Origin: the human T2T-CHM13v2.0 reference genome, Homo sapiens
DNA: 64,000 nt
Assembly (NCBI RefSeq): GCF_009914755.1
Contig: NC_060926.1
Reading direction: 5' to 3' (one strand)
Below, one piece after another: positions 44,601-60,280 of the stretch (the stretch's first letter is position 1; each line of letters begins with the position of its first letter). Both the position numbers and the translations under genes were made by a program. Below the pieces are notes generated by a model. It worked only from the letters and a program-made list of their open reading frames with translations. It was not told where the DNA came from and searched no databases.

Positions 44601-46874
44601 TTCCCTATTAACAGATGGTCTGTATGCTGTCTTCTGAAAGTAAATACTCATGGCCTACTCTGAAGGAATTAAGATTATTCTTTGAATAATTGACAGCGAC
44701 TGGTGCTAAAATATATTTTACATTTATGGCCCAGTATATATAAGTTCTGTATATTCAAAGGAAATCAAAACAAGCTTCATAAAACAATTCTTATCTTTAT
44801 ATGTGAATGGTATTGCATTTTCTATACCATTCTATTCTTTTAAAACATGTTGGTCTGACTTATTTTAGGTGGAAAAGATGTACTACATGATAATTAAATT
44901 CCAGAATTTATTTGTAATACAATATTGAAGCAACCTGGTCAGATATAATTTAAACTCTTTGCTCATAAAGCTCACACTGAAGAAAGGGTTTACTCTTTGG
45001 ATTTGTTTATAAGACTTCTTAAGTCTTGCTGAGTTGCCAATATCTATTCCTTGTAGTAATTGCTAAGATTGGAAACATTTGCTTTTTCAAATTTTTGACT
45101 GCATAATAAACAGTGGGGAATAATTAAGACTCAAGAAGATACTGAGAAAAGGGCTAAATTTTAGCAGGCATACTAATATATTTGGGTCTATAGTCTCATT
45201 TTTTTTCCAGGTAAAAGCATTTATATGGAAAATACTACATTTGTAAAAGGCTTTTTTTTATTCTTTGATAACTTCTAATGTGTATCTCTTGAGTTTTGCA
45301 TATGTTGTGAGAACTTGGATAATGATAATAATCAATTTTTACAAACTTCTGTTTGAAATTTAGTTTGATATGGTCAACTTAATTTTTACTCACTTGAAAA
45401 CTTCCAGTAAAATATACATGAAAACCAAAAACACAGGGCAGCCTTTTGGGGTGTGTGTTCTAAATTGTGGCTTATTTCTGGGGCTTTTTATATTGTTTCA
45501 ATATACTCTTTCACCTTGCTAATAACTTTATAGATAATTATCCTTGTTTATTGTCTGTTTCTACCTACATCTGCGCCTCTTGACTTCAGTGGCAAAATAA
45601 TATCACAACAGAAGGTGGTTTGATATTTTGTTTCTAGGTGTCTACATTTTACATGGTAGGCCACACAAGATAGCATCATTCTCATAAAATCATCCATTTT
45701 CTTGGTTTTAGCTTTCTGATTAACAGTTTAACTATGAAAGCTGGAATGACTTAAACTCAGGGGTTTTAATCCAGCTTTGCCAGCCATGTCCTTAAGATCC
45801 CCTGCATTTTAACCCCACCATCCGCAAACTAGATTAACTATCACTGTTACCGTCTTAGAGCATTGATATGGGATAAATCCTCCAAAGGGCTTTTGAGGGA
45901 AATGTTTTATATGTAATAATGTGGGATGAGGAATATGAGGAATTACACTCATTTTAGTCTTGTTACTATAAAGTTATCAAACAGAATATGACAAGTTACA
46001 CTCAATGCCAACCATACCTATAAATACTTTTTTTCCCATTAGTACACATAATATATTCTCATTGTAGAATATTAGAAAACAATTAGGAATGGAAGACAAG
46101 AACATTTCTAATTACAGTGCCCAGCTATAAGCACTGTTAATATTTTGGTATGTATTCTTCCAGTATGGTTTTGTTTAGCTACATGCATCCACATCATGAA
46201 CATACTTTCATATCTTTAATTAGAACTTTTGAGTGTTTGCAAAGTGTTACACTAATGAGCATTTCAGTTTAACTAGTTCCTTACTGTTTGACTCTCGGGA
46301 TGGTCGCACACTTGTGTTCTGAACATACTTGTAACTGAGTCTTGACATACATTCTAAATCATTTCTTAGGATGATATCAAGTACAGTGTAAAGAGTGGTG
46401 AAAAATAACAAAATGGGCACTAGGAGAATTAGATGTAAGTTTTAACTTTGCCTTTAATTGTTGCTGAAACTTTTAAATCACTTTCTTCGCTGGGCTTCAT
46501 TTCCCTTCCTAGTAACAGAGGTAAAATGGAGTAACCCCTGTAGAGGATTTAATTCTGACTGCAAACCATTTGAGATATTTTATGGATAAGGAAACTAGGA
46601 CTGAAAAGGACTCTAGTGTCTCTTTCTCTATGTTTGAAGGTTTTATCGCCCCAGTCCCCCACCCCTTGCTTGCTTTTTTTTTTGTGATAGTGCAGAAGGT
46701 CCTGAGTGCCTTGTGGTTCTTTAGAGTCATGGTCATAATCATCCATAATCATTGATTATTGATTAATGGTGTCTGAAGCTGATTCTATTTTGACTTAAGG
46801 AGACCCTTTTATGGACAAAATATCACTTAATACCTTATTAACTTTAACTGTTTCCTTCAAAATCAGGAGTCCCA

Positions 46875-47295
46875 GCAACTGATGACTAGATAAACCAAAT
46901 GTAGTATATATTCATACAATGGGATATTATTTGGCCACAGAAAGGAATGAAGTGCTGATGCATGCTACAACACGGTGAATCTAGCAAACTACGCTATGTC
47001 AAAGAAGCCAGTCACAAAAGATTACATATTACATGATTCCATTTATGTGAAATGTCCATAACAGGCAAAACTATATAGAGGGAAAGTAGATTAGTGGTTG
47101 CCTAGGGCTAGAGACCCTGTGAGGATTGGAGTGGTTGATAGCTGAAGGGTTCAAGGTTTCTCACTGAAGCGATGAAAATGTTCTAAAATTGGTGGTGATG
47201 GTTGCATAACTCTGTGAATATACTAAAAACTGTCGAATTGTGTGCATTACATGGGTGAATCATATGCTATAGGGATAACTCAATAAAGCTGTTGT
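46875..47295 (+). mobile_element. L1MB 3' end (sense, retains AATAAA at 47282)
   Basis: aaaggaatgaagtgctgatgcatgctacaac...gatgaaaatgttctaaaattgg...ctcaataaagctgtt. Confidence 0.85.
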
Positions 47296-47596
47296 CCCCC
47301 CAAAACAAAAAATAATCCCCAAATAATCACACTGCAAATGATTCTGAAAACCTTTTGTTTCAAGTTTCTAGATGTTTGGATTATAACTAAATGGAAACTG
47401 GTCATATTAAACTCCTTATGTGTTGTTAGTTTGTTTCCTGAAAATCTTAGTTTAAATCCCAATGTATGAGGATGACTGAATTCTATTTTCGTTTGGAGTT
47501 TCCTTTGGGGACTTTTACTAAGATACTTGCTAATTGCAACAATTTATGATCTCTCTTTCTCGTTTCTCAGTGTTTCTGAAGTGCTTTGTAGAATAA

Positions 47597-47953
<357 letters not shown>

Positions 47954-48342
47954 TGAGTTTTCTACTTGGTGTCTGGCACCTGCTAGACAATACTCTACAT
48001 GAATATTTTTTGCTATAGCAGACCCCAAATAACTTAGAGTTAATTTGATTTTTTTGTTGTTGGTGGTGGTGTTTATATTGGAATTCATGGCACTGAGTTT
48101 TGTTTTATTTGCCTGAGTGTATTCTTGAGTTGCTCATGAGGTAGTTGCCTGAGAGCCTCAGATACTCCTCTATTGGGACACTTCTTCTCTTAGATATATT
48201 AATTACAGACAAGTGAGTTGAGCCAGAGAAAGCAGAAGTAGGGTTAAGAATTGAGTGTCTTGGAAATCCAGACTACATTTGGTCATTTTCAATGAAATTT
48301 TCACATCCTTTAGGAGTTTCACATCCGTTAGGAGGTTTGTGT

Positions 48343-48376
<34 letters not shown>

Positions 48377-49509
48377 AGATCCTTAGATATTAAGGTTAAA
48401 ATTTAATCAACAAATTTTGTTTTTTATTTACAGAGACCTATAGGATACACATGGAGTTATTAAACCTAAGGGGTGAATGAAAAGAAAAATGTTGGCAGTT
48501 CTATCTTAAGTCTTTATTGCCTGCCTTTGCATGTTGTCATGATATTAGCCAGAGAACCAGGCTTTTAAACCCAAACATTAGTAAACCGTAAAACATATCT
48601 TGAGACAATCTAGTGCAACAAGAGCAAATTTGGCAGAATTTCTGAAGCGATTCCATGACCAGTATTTCCAATACATTAATCTATTTAGATATGCTTTGGG
48701 TACTTTTCCTGGCAAAATGGTAAATTGTGCAACTGGCGATTAACTCAGATCTTGGAATTAGCCTGTGACTTTGATCTTACATAAATAAGTTTCCTCAGTA
48801 AAGTTTTTGTTTAGTATCTGAAATCCAGCTTTTTTCAAGAGAGCTTTTAGCTGGACTATCTTCTGTATTGATACTGAGAATTCAGAATTCTCTCTCATGA
48901 GTGAAATTTGTTAATAAGTTCTTGAGAGATTGAGAGGTCCTGTCCTTCTGTCTAGAACACCCCTCCTGCAAACCCTAAATAATGCCTTAGTTAAGCTGAA
49001 GATTCGGAAAATTGAGATATAACATGAAGTAAAAGTATTTTTGAAGTCTTTTCAATCCACCTATGTATTGCACACCTGTGTGCCCAGCACATAATATATG
49101 ATTATCCATTTAGTGACAATGTATTGGGTGACCATGGTGTGCTGGGTACTGTATTAGAGTATAAAGAGATGAAAAGACAATGTCTTTATTTAGTTAATGC
49201 TATAATAGGAATATGTATTAAATGGGAGCCTAGAGGTGATACATGCTCTTTGGAGGCAGAGATTGACGAGGAATTAGAAAAGGAACTTAAGGAGAGTTGA
49301 CTTGAATTGGAGAGTGGAAGATGAATGTAATGGCTTGGAATTGAGGAGAGGTGGGGAGCAGTTTTGGGAGGAAGTCATTCTAGGGAAAGGCACGGTGGTA
49401 TGGTGTGTTTTGAAAGACTGCATATAGTTGCTATGGCTAGAAGAACATAGTCTCTGTGGATATGGCAAGAGAAGTTGTGGTCAAACTTATGTTTTAGAAA
49501 TGTTATTTA

Positions 49510-49984
<475 letters not shown>

Positions 49985-50308
49985 TCAAATTGATCCTTGT
50001 TTGCATCAGGGACTCCTGAGATTCTTACGAAAACCATAGCCAAGTGCATATACGTATACCCATGTAAAAATTAACATGTAGTAGCAGAAACCCATTCACA
50101 GGCTTTCAGAAGTCATGGATCCCAGGTTTAGAGCCCTTGATCTGTAGAATGATGGAGAGAAAAGAGTCAGTAACCTCCATGTTTACTAGAGCCCAGAAAT
50201 TTGGAAGATTACTGGTGCAGCCGACAGATTGGGCCAGTTGGGTCATAGCAGGCAAGATGAATACAATTTTGGATGTATTGAGATTTCCCCATAAGAATGA
50301 GAACAGTG

Positions 50309-50575
50309 AATTGAACAATGAGAACACGTGGACACAGGAAGGGGAACATCACACACCGGGGACTGTTGTGGGGTGGGGGGAGGGGGAGGGATAGCATCAG
50401 GAGATATACCTAATGCTAAATGACGAGTTAATGGGTGCAGCACAGCAACATGGCACATGTATACATATGTAACAAACCTGCACGTTGTGTACATGAACCC
50501 TAAAACTTAAAGTATAATAATAATAAAAAAATAAATAAAATTTAAAATGTTTGCCAACAACAACAACAAAAAAAG
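50309..50575 (+). mobile_element. Short young L1PA 3'UTR insertion
   Basis: L1PA 3'UTR with G-rich tract and A tail; perfect TSD gaatgagaacagtg at 50295-50308 and 50576-50589. Confidence 0.93.
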
Positions 50576-50766
50576 GAATGAGAACAGTGCATTTGCCTCT
50601 GCTGAAGTGCTTATTGAACACCTGTGCTAAAGAGCTCCTGATGCTGGATTAATTATAATAACATACACTTGACCAGATGCAGGGTCTAGATAAGCAAAAA
50701 TAAATATTAATCCTACTAGAGCTGTAGCTTGAAATGTAGTGTACCCTGGTTTAAAATGCTGTAAAT

Positions 50767-51456
<690 letters not shown>

Positions 51457-54188
51457 TGAGTGGAAATAGCTGGAGAATACTCCGAATAAGGCTGAAAAAA
51501 TGTGGGATTATCACATTTAAGAGGGCCCTGTTTCTATATACTTAATGCTTTTGCACTGAAATGTTTGATATTTTAGTTGACAGCGTTCTTAAGCAATAAT
51601 TTTGGCATCAGAGAAGTCACTTAGATAATTTCTTGGATCCCCATGAGCACTGGTAATTTGTAGAACAGGTTGAAAGGGGATTGTGAAAATAGTCAGTCTT
51701 AGGTGTGTGAGGTCATCTTGTCTCGCTTCCTCTCCACCAGGTTAAAACCACACCTCAGGGCTCCAGGAAGCTGACTGAGCACGTAGTCCAAAGAAATTTT
51801 GCATTCTGGTATTTTTCAGTGTTTTCTTGTGATTTTCATCTTTAAGCTAATTTGTTGAGAAGGGCTTATAGGATTTGCTCTCTTTGGGCAAGCTTCCTCA
51901 TCAGTATCAATGGCTGTAGTCATGCAGTCCTGTTGTGACCATGTTCAACTGAATTGACAACTAATATGTATCACGCCACACCACTCTGCGGTTTTGCCCT
52001 TTGTAAATGTTGGCTTCATCTGGGAAATTGTTAGAAATGAAGATTCTTAGTTCGTGTTCTTGACCTACTGAGCCAGTCTACGTATTAACAAGATCTCACA
52101 CGTGACTCACGTGTGCATTAAAATCTGAGACTTACGGGACTAGCTCAGGAACATGGCCTCTCAGAGCCCTTTTGCTGAAGTTCAAGGCTTTTTCTGTTTA
52201 TTTTCTCCTCAGAAGTGATGAGAAACATCTGGTCACCATCTTTCATGCAGTATACATTTTCATGGAATTAAAGATAATGATTTAGGTGCCTCTAAGCTGT
52301 CTCTTCTTCAAGCTTAATAACTGAAGTTTGTGTGATCTCTTTCTTCATAGAGAAGATGATCTTTTAGCCTTTCATCCTTTATTGCCTTTGGTCTCTGTTT
52401 CCTAGATAAGTTTTTAAAAAACGTCATTTCTGAAATGGGCAGAATACTCTTATCAGAGTGTGGTTGCTACTAAATAAGCAAAATAACTTAACCCATGTAT
52501 TTTTTAAGATCTAGGGGCATTTGGCTAAATTTTTTGTTTTATTTTAAAAGTTTTTTTTTTTAAGCAGTAAAAATAGCAACTAATTCTTCCTTGAGGGAAC
52601 TTCAAACCCAAAAAGTACCTCCTCTCTTTTCTGAAGGATGGAATAAGTTGACCAATGGTCTTTGGCATTCTTTTGGGTTGGTACTTCAGGCTAATTTTAC
52701 AATAGAGGAAGGAATGATGGAAAGAGGGAAAGAAGTAAAGAGAGAAAGGAAAGAAGGAGGGAGAGAAAGGGGGAGCGAAGGGAACCAGATTAATAATTCA
52801 AAGCAGAAGAGACTATTAAAAGTCACTCAGGTGGGAAATGAGAGGTTTATTTTTGGTGACTGCTTTACAAATGTTTTGGTTTTGGGATGTGAAGGAGAAT
52901 TCTTTGAACTATTAACATTTTTTTCCTCCTGACTTTTGAAGGTCAGACTTTTATCCACCTTTTGCTTATAGGAATAGTTCAATTTTGCATGGAATTACAT
53001 TTGTGGTTTTTGTGTGTGTGTTTTTTAAGGCATCAGGGTTATATCTGAATCATCATCTTTTGCATGTTTTTAGTCTGGACATCTTTTAATTCAGTGCAAG
53101 TTGTAGCTCTGAATGAGATGCTCCTTAGTTTTCTGCAATAAAGCATCCACCTGAGAAAGGGAGAGTAGTCTGAGTGTAGGATCTTCTAAAGTGATTCTTA
53201 AAATCATACTTCCCACTTTGTTTTAAAGGAAGAATGTTTGTGCAGTGTCAAAACATTAAAAGAACTGGAGAAACCTTGGCATATTCAGCATTCGCTGTAT
53301 CATCTTGTCACAGCAGGAGGAGACAATAGTGGCTAATTCACTAATTGCTTCCTATCACATTTACACGAGGTTGTAGGGTCAGCATTACCTTGCTGGGTTG
53401 TAATTTAATGAGCCCAAAAGGTTTCTTTATCTTAAATCCAGATTAGTCACATGGCTGATTGGCAAATAAAACTTGGGCAAGTGCTTGCTACGCAGTTAAA
53501 TTACAGTCTATTGACCTTAAGTATGGCTTTCATTAAACAGTAATGTACTTGCTTGATGCCCTGCCTTTGGTATTTCATTTTATTGAGTTTGCCTGAATCC
53601 CTGCTAATCCTCAAAATTTGTGGGTCTGGTAAGGCTGTTGGCTGAATGAAGAGGGTAGAGGTTTATTGGTGCACTTACTGCGTGCCGATTGTCTAGGCCA
53701 CTGACACATGCAACTTAGCCTCTGTGGCTGGACATGTACATAGTTAACAGTAAAGCATTTCTCTCTTTCCCTAGACAGGACCATGGGGTCTGAGTTAGTG
53801 TGAAAGAATGCAAGGATGTGGAAATTTGAACCTCAGGGTTGTTCTTACTGCTGCTGTGTTTCCCGGAAAACAGCCATTGACTTTTCTTCTTTCTTTTTAA
53901 CATGGGGAAGGCATTTATAGCATAATGGAGTATTGTTTGATTATTTATATGCATTTCCTTGGGTCTTTTTGCTTTTAGAGTTTTGTTGATTTGTTCTTTG
54001 CTGTGTATTGTGGGGAATAGGGTATGTGTATTTGCTGTGTATTGTGTGGGGAATAGGGTATGAAGCCTATAGGGAAGAAGGGTGGATGGAGAGGCACTAA
54101 AAGTACAGGGATTTGACTTATTTTAACAAGAAAAAATTCTGATGACTAAAGATAATTTGTGAACATGTAGTTATGGCTTCATACCTTT

Positions 54189-54551
54189 TGTCTTAGTTCA
54201 GGCTGGTATAACAAATTAGTGTAGATGAAGTGGCTTGAACAACAAACTTTGATTTCTCACGGTTCTGGAGGTTGTAAGTTCAAGATCAGGGTGCCACCCA
54301 GTATGGTTGGGCTCTGGTGAGTGGCTTATTCTGGGTTGTGTGCTGCTGATTTCTTGTATCCTCACATGGCAGAAAGAGAACTAGGAAGCTCCCCGGGGTC
54401 TCTTTTTATAAGGGCACTAATCCCATTCATGAAGACTCTGCTGTCATGACCTGTTTCCTCCCAAAGGCCCCACCTTTTAATACCATCAAGTTGGGGGCTA
54501 GGATTTCAACACATGAATTTGACAGTGGGACACAAAAATTCAGTCCATGCA
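54189..54551 (-). mobile_element. MLT1A-like LTR
   Basis: tgtcttagttcaggctgg...ttataagggcactaatcccattcatga...attcagtccat. Confidence 0.8.
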
Positions 54552-54849
54552 TCCCTTCAAATAATATGAGCTTTTATTACCATTAGGAGGACTACATTGA
54601 TTGAGTTGATTGGAAGTAGATTTTCAGAAATGACTTCCAGTTATCTATTGATACTATAAACAAGGTGGTATTTCATTAATGATAGGACCTGTGTTGGTCC
54701 CTTAGGAATGATGCATTCTTTGCAGAGAAGAGTTGATCAAGGTGAGTCCTGTTACTTGAACCTTTGTGAAGGACAAAGTAAAGAATCATCCCAAAACAGG
54801 AAATGCCACACTTTTATTTCCTGAGGATTGAGTTCATCAGGAAAGATAT

Positions 54850-55366
54850 AATAGTTATCTCTTGTTGTGTAAACAATAACAAACTACTGCAAAGCTAGAG
54901 GCTTAAAACTATGGTAAATATTTATTATCTCCCAGTGTCTATGGGTCAGGAATTTGGGTGGTTCTGCCTTAGGGCCTCTCACGAGGTCGCAATCATATGA
55001 TGGCTTGACCGGGCCACGGGGATTTACTTCAGAGGTGTCTCGCTGATGTAGTTGGTAAGTTGCTGTTGCCTAATGATGTGAAGCCTAAGTTGGTAAGTTG
55101 CTGTTGCCTAATGATATAAAGCCTAAGTGCCACTCCATAAAGGAGTTTCTACAGACTGCATGTTAACACAGCATGGCATCTGGGAGCAATCTGAGAGACA
55201 GCAAGATGGAAACTGCAGTGGATTTTATTCCCTAGCTTAGGAAGTTCTTTACCATCACTTTCCAATATTCTGCTGATAACACAAGTCAGCCCTATTTATC
55301 ATGGGGGGACTGGACAAGGGCATGAATATCAATTGGCTAGGATCATTGGAGGCTGGTTGTACCACA
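54850..55366 (-). mobile_element. MLT1E/F-like LTR
   Basis: agttatctcttgttgtgtaaacaa...gggtcaggaatttggg...ggatcattggaggc..taccaca. Confidence 0.7.
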
Positions 55367-55417
55367 AAGGACACTTGATTGGCTTTTTATCTCAGTTGCT
55401 TTCTCTAATGTTGTCAG

Positions 55418-56120
<703 letters not shown>

Positions 56121-57539
56121 GAGCCAGGTGACACTACAGCTTCTTTAAGCTCACATGTCGGGTGTAGTATATGGAAGATAAGAGTCCTCAATTTGGTGGG
56201 GAGAAATCATACATCTCAGGGTAAGGATTTTTCCGTTGCTAATAAAGGTATTTTAGTCGATATAAATACAAGTACTATTTGGCATGCATTATTAGCCTGT
56301 TACCTTTGTTGAGCACTAAGAGTACTCTGTAGGTAGGTAAATTATAGTTAGAGGTCCATCTAAGGAGAGTCTAATTTAGCATTTGTGTCAGATTTATGTT
56401 TCCTAATGTGTTGATTATATGGAAGGTTCTTTTGGAAATTTGGTTAGTTGCCTGCCTTCAGATAGCTACATAAATTGCACAGCATGCACCATGGGTGCAT
56501 TCTTTATATGGTTCATGGGAGGATTTGGTTTATTTTTAGAGTTTGACATAGGGTTCTTTGGGAGAAAGTTTGTTACTGCATCTGGGAAAAGATCCTCTTG
56601 GTGATGCATCTTCATCTCACCCATTTATTCTTGGGATGCTTTCTGTGTGTTAATGGAGGGTTTTCACTGCATTGTGCTCATGAAGGGCCTTGAACTCCCC
56701 CTTTGTGCTTTAACCTTGGCAGGGTCTGTATGGCTGACCTTGCACTTCTGAGAACTTCTCTGCAGTTCCCTTTGGGCGGCCTGAACATTGGCTGTTTAAT
56801 ACCAATTAAAAGCAAGGGCTGTTCCTCTCAGTGGATTGCTATTAATTACAGCCCGTGTTCCAGTAATCTGAGACAGAGCAGCTTCCTCTGGTTTCATTGA
56901 AGGCTACTTTAGCTCTCTGTTTTGGTTGGCTGATAAAAATCTGAGAGGCACATACTGATTTGGAATAGGAAGAGTATTCTGACCCCAAGAAGAGGTATCT
57001 GGGAGTTGGAAGATGAGTGCTCTGTTCTTATCGTGTCTTTGGGTTAGGTGGGGCATATAAGGGAACATGGTGAAATCAAACAGTCCTGGACCCATGTCAG
57101 AGATCAGGGTTCTAGTTCCAGCCTTAACACTAACAGGTTGTGTAACTTGGAACTAAATCATTTCATCTCTTCCTATACCAGTTTACTGGGTTTAAACAAA
57201 GTTATCTTGATTGTCCCTTCTGTGTCTAAAATTTTGCTAAAAATTGGTTACTGTTCTTATAAATGATATGAAATATTATGAGACTATTCAAGGTTAATTC
57301 TTTAACTTGAGATTTTAAGAATCAGTTTTTTAAAATAAGTTTTTTTGGGCATTTAATGGTATGGGTGAAGTCTGGTGGTCCCTGATGATTGGTTTAGTTA
57401 CTGGGATATTTTCTCCATGAACAGTTGGGGGGAGTTTTAGTTTGTGCCAGAATGTAGATAGAAGGGTAGATTTGGGTTTGGTGTTTCTGAAGCACTTTAG
57501 TTCAATGAGATTTTGAAGGAAATCCCTGGATAGAGATTA

Positions 57540-57880
57540 TAGTCATCCCTTGGGTTCTGGGGGATTGGTCTCAGGACCTCCTGTGGATACCAAAATCCAT
57601 GGGTGTTCAAGTCTCTGATATAAAGTGGCATATTGTTTGCATCTGACCCATGCACATCCGCCCTTATACTTTAAATCACCTATAGATTATCTATAATTCC
57701 TAACGCAATGTCTACACATCACTTCATTCTTGTGGATTCAACGTAGTACTTGGCATGTGGCAAATTCAAGTTTTGGTTTCTGGAACCTTGTGGAAATTTT
57801 TTTTTTTTCCTGAATATTTTGTATCCCTGCTTTGTTGAATCCGCAGATGTGGAACCCATGGATACAGAAGGCTGACTGTA
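57540..57880. mobile_element. MER2B-like (Tigger) element
   Basis: Inverted termini agtcatccct...aaggctgactg-ta; body gataccaaaatccatgg...ggcaaattcaagttttg. Confidence 0.78.
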
Positions 57881-59928
57881 TTTTTTTTTTTAAACTCTCA
57901 GAAATCTGGGATGTAAGAGTTCAACTCGATTCATGAAGCATAATTTATTACTATTTTTTTTTTGCACTAGAAATCAGAACACATTAATGGTTGAAGGTTT
58001 TTTGGCTTTGAGAAGAGGCTAGGAGGTGTTCTTTGCATACAAAACAGTAGATTTTCCTGTATGTTGTGATTGGTTATATGGGCAGAGGAAAAGAATATTT
58101 GAAACTATGGTTGATCTGTGTAATTCTAGGCATATGGAGGCTTTGCCTTTAGGTACTTTTCGCCTTCAGACTGCTCTTAAGGGTAGGAAACATCTCAGTT
58201 ATGTATGTAATAATCATTAAATGAATGTTCCCAAATGAATAAAGAGACTTAATAACAGGTGTAGCGTTAAAAGAGAGGCTGCAAAGGGGAATCCTTCACC
58301 CTAAATTCCAAATTCCAAAGTGGAAGAATAACCACTCTGGGGTGGGAGTGTTATTTTCTCAAGTGCTAAAAGGGAGATATGAACTATCCTGCTTGGCCTG
58401 TGGGAGAGGGTCATGGTTATTAGGGTTGGGTAATATTTTTGTTACAAATGTGTAGAAGAATGTCATTAATTGTGGCCTTTAGCACGCAGATTTTCTTGAT
58501 CAGATAATACCTTGACAACTCCAGACAAGTGACTGCTAATCTTGTGTCAGTTGTAAATATGTGTTTGGAAGGTGATATTGAACCAGTGGGTTATTTCAGT
58601 CAAGATGTTTGAAAAAGAGGTATACATCAAATGAAAATGACGCGGATTATGGAAAAGTCTTAATTTTAATGGCTTAAAAAAATTCTGCATTAAACCCGAA
58701 AAACTAGAGACATAGACCAGCTGGGAGGTACTATGAGAAACTGCTTTACAAATGATTTTCTGTGGAACCCTGTCACCAGCATTTAGTGAAACATGCTTTC
58801 CATTTGAATATGCATTTAGATGAGGCCAACTGGCTGCTAGATCATCGTCTAATGGGCCTGTGATCCCACATGAAGATTATTTTCCCTTTGGTCCTAGAAC
58901 CACTCTCCATCCTGCTCACCCTTATAGACTATATGAGAGGGTCCCTAGGTCTCACTTTCAGGTGGGCTCAGCCAGTGGAAATCAGAGAGGTGTGAGTTCG
59001 TGGTATGTATTTTGTCCCTGCTCCCTGCTAGGCTGTCCTGATGCATTTAGACTGAGGTGGTCACTGCTTTTCACTGGTGCTATTGAACTGGAACTATAGT
59101 TTCCCATTGGTGAGATGTTGTTACTACAGTTTTTCACATACATGTATATTTCACATACATATATTTTAATTTTTTACATTTATTGTTTCTCCAGTGAGTT
59201 AAAGCCTTAGAGGATTGAGTTTACTTTTAGCACCTAAGAATACTACTACCTTTTCATGGAGGAAGATCATTGAAACTGTAAGAGTTTGCAGTTACAGAAG
59301 CAGTATCCTCTCTGGAGCACTGAACAGGTGTTGGGGGCCAGAGGATTCAAGCCCTGTCCACCATTCCCTGCTGAGCACCTTCTCTACCAGCAGTAGCTCT
59401 TCAGCCTCTGAAGGCATGGCGGAGGCCTGGAGTAGGGCCCTGCCAACCTTGAATGCTCATGCCTGGTAGGTTATGAGGATTAAGTTACATAAGATTGTAT
59501 GTGCTTAAAATAGGAGTTGGCATAGAACAAGTACTCCTTGATTTTGATCTGGTCTAATTCATTCATATTTAGGATGAAAAAATGGTAGCAATGTTAAGTT
59601 TAATTCAGATGACAAGACTTACTAAAAGGTCTTTCTGATACCTCATCTATACATATAGTATTCTACTCTGTGTAGATCATCTAAAATTTCTATAAGTTGG
59701 AGATGATCTTGGCTTTTCTGTTTTAAGATTACAATGAAAGACAGTGAAATCTGCAGCTGAATTTAGGGAAGACTCCTTGAAAACATCATCAGTTGGCTTT
59801 CTCATTTGGAATACAAATGGACAGTTGTATCCTCCTGCCATTGCTTTGTTATGATTATCTAGGAGTTTTCTTATTTTTTTAAAATGTGACTTTATAGACA
59901 TTTCAAGTACTATAACATTTAGCCATTG

Positions 59929-59931
<3 letters not shown>

Positions 59932-59984
<53 letters not shown>

Positions 59985-60280
59985 ATTATTATTATTTTTT
60001 GAGACAGTCTTGCTTAGTCCTCCAGGCTGTAGTGCAGTGATGTGATCTCTGCTCACCCCAACCTCTGCTTCCCAGGTTCAAGCGATTCTCGTGCCTCAGC
60101 CTCCCAAGTAGCTGGGATTACAGGCATGTACCACCACGCCCAGCTAAGTTTTGTATTTTTAGTAGAGACGGGGTTTCACCATGTTGGCCAGGCTGGCCTT
60201 GAACTCCTGGCCTCAAGTGATCCAACCCCCCTTGACCTCCCAAAGTGCTGGGATTACAGGCATGAGCCACTGTGTCCAGC
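59932..60280 (-). mobile_element. AluS with compound (CT)n(TA)n tail microsatellite, inside an L1M remnant
   Basis: About (CT)14 then about (AT)12 at 59932-59983, followed by the Alu body. Confidence 0.9.
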
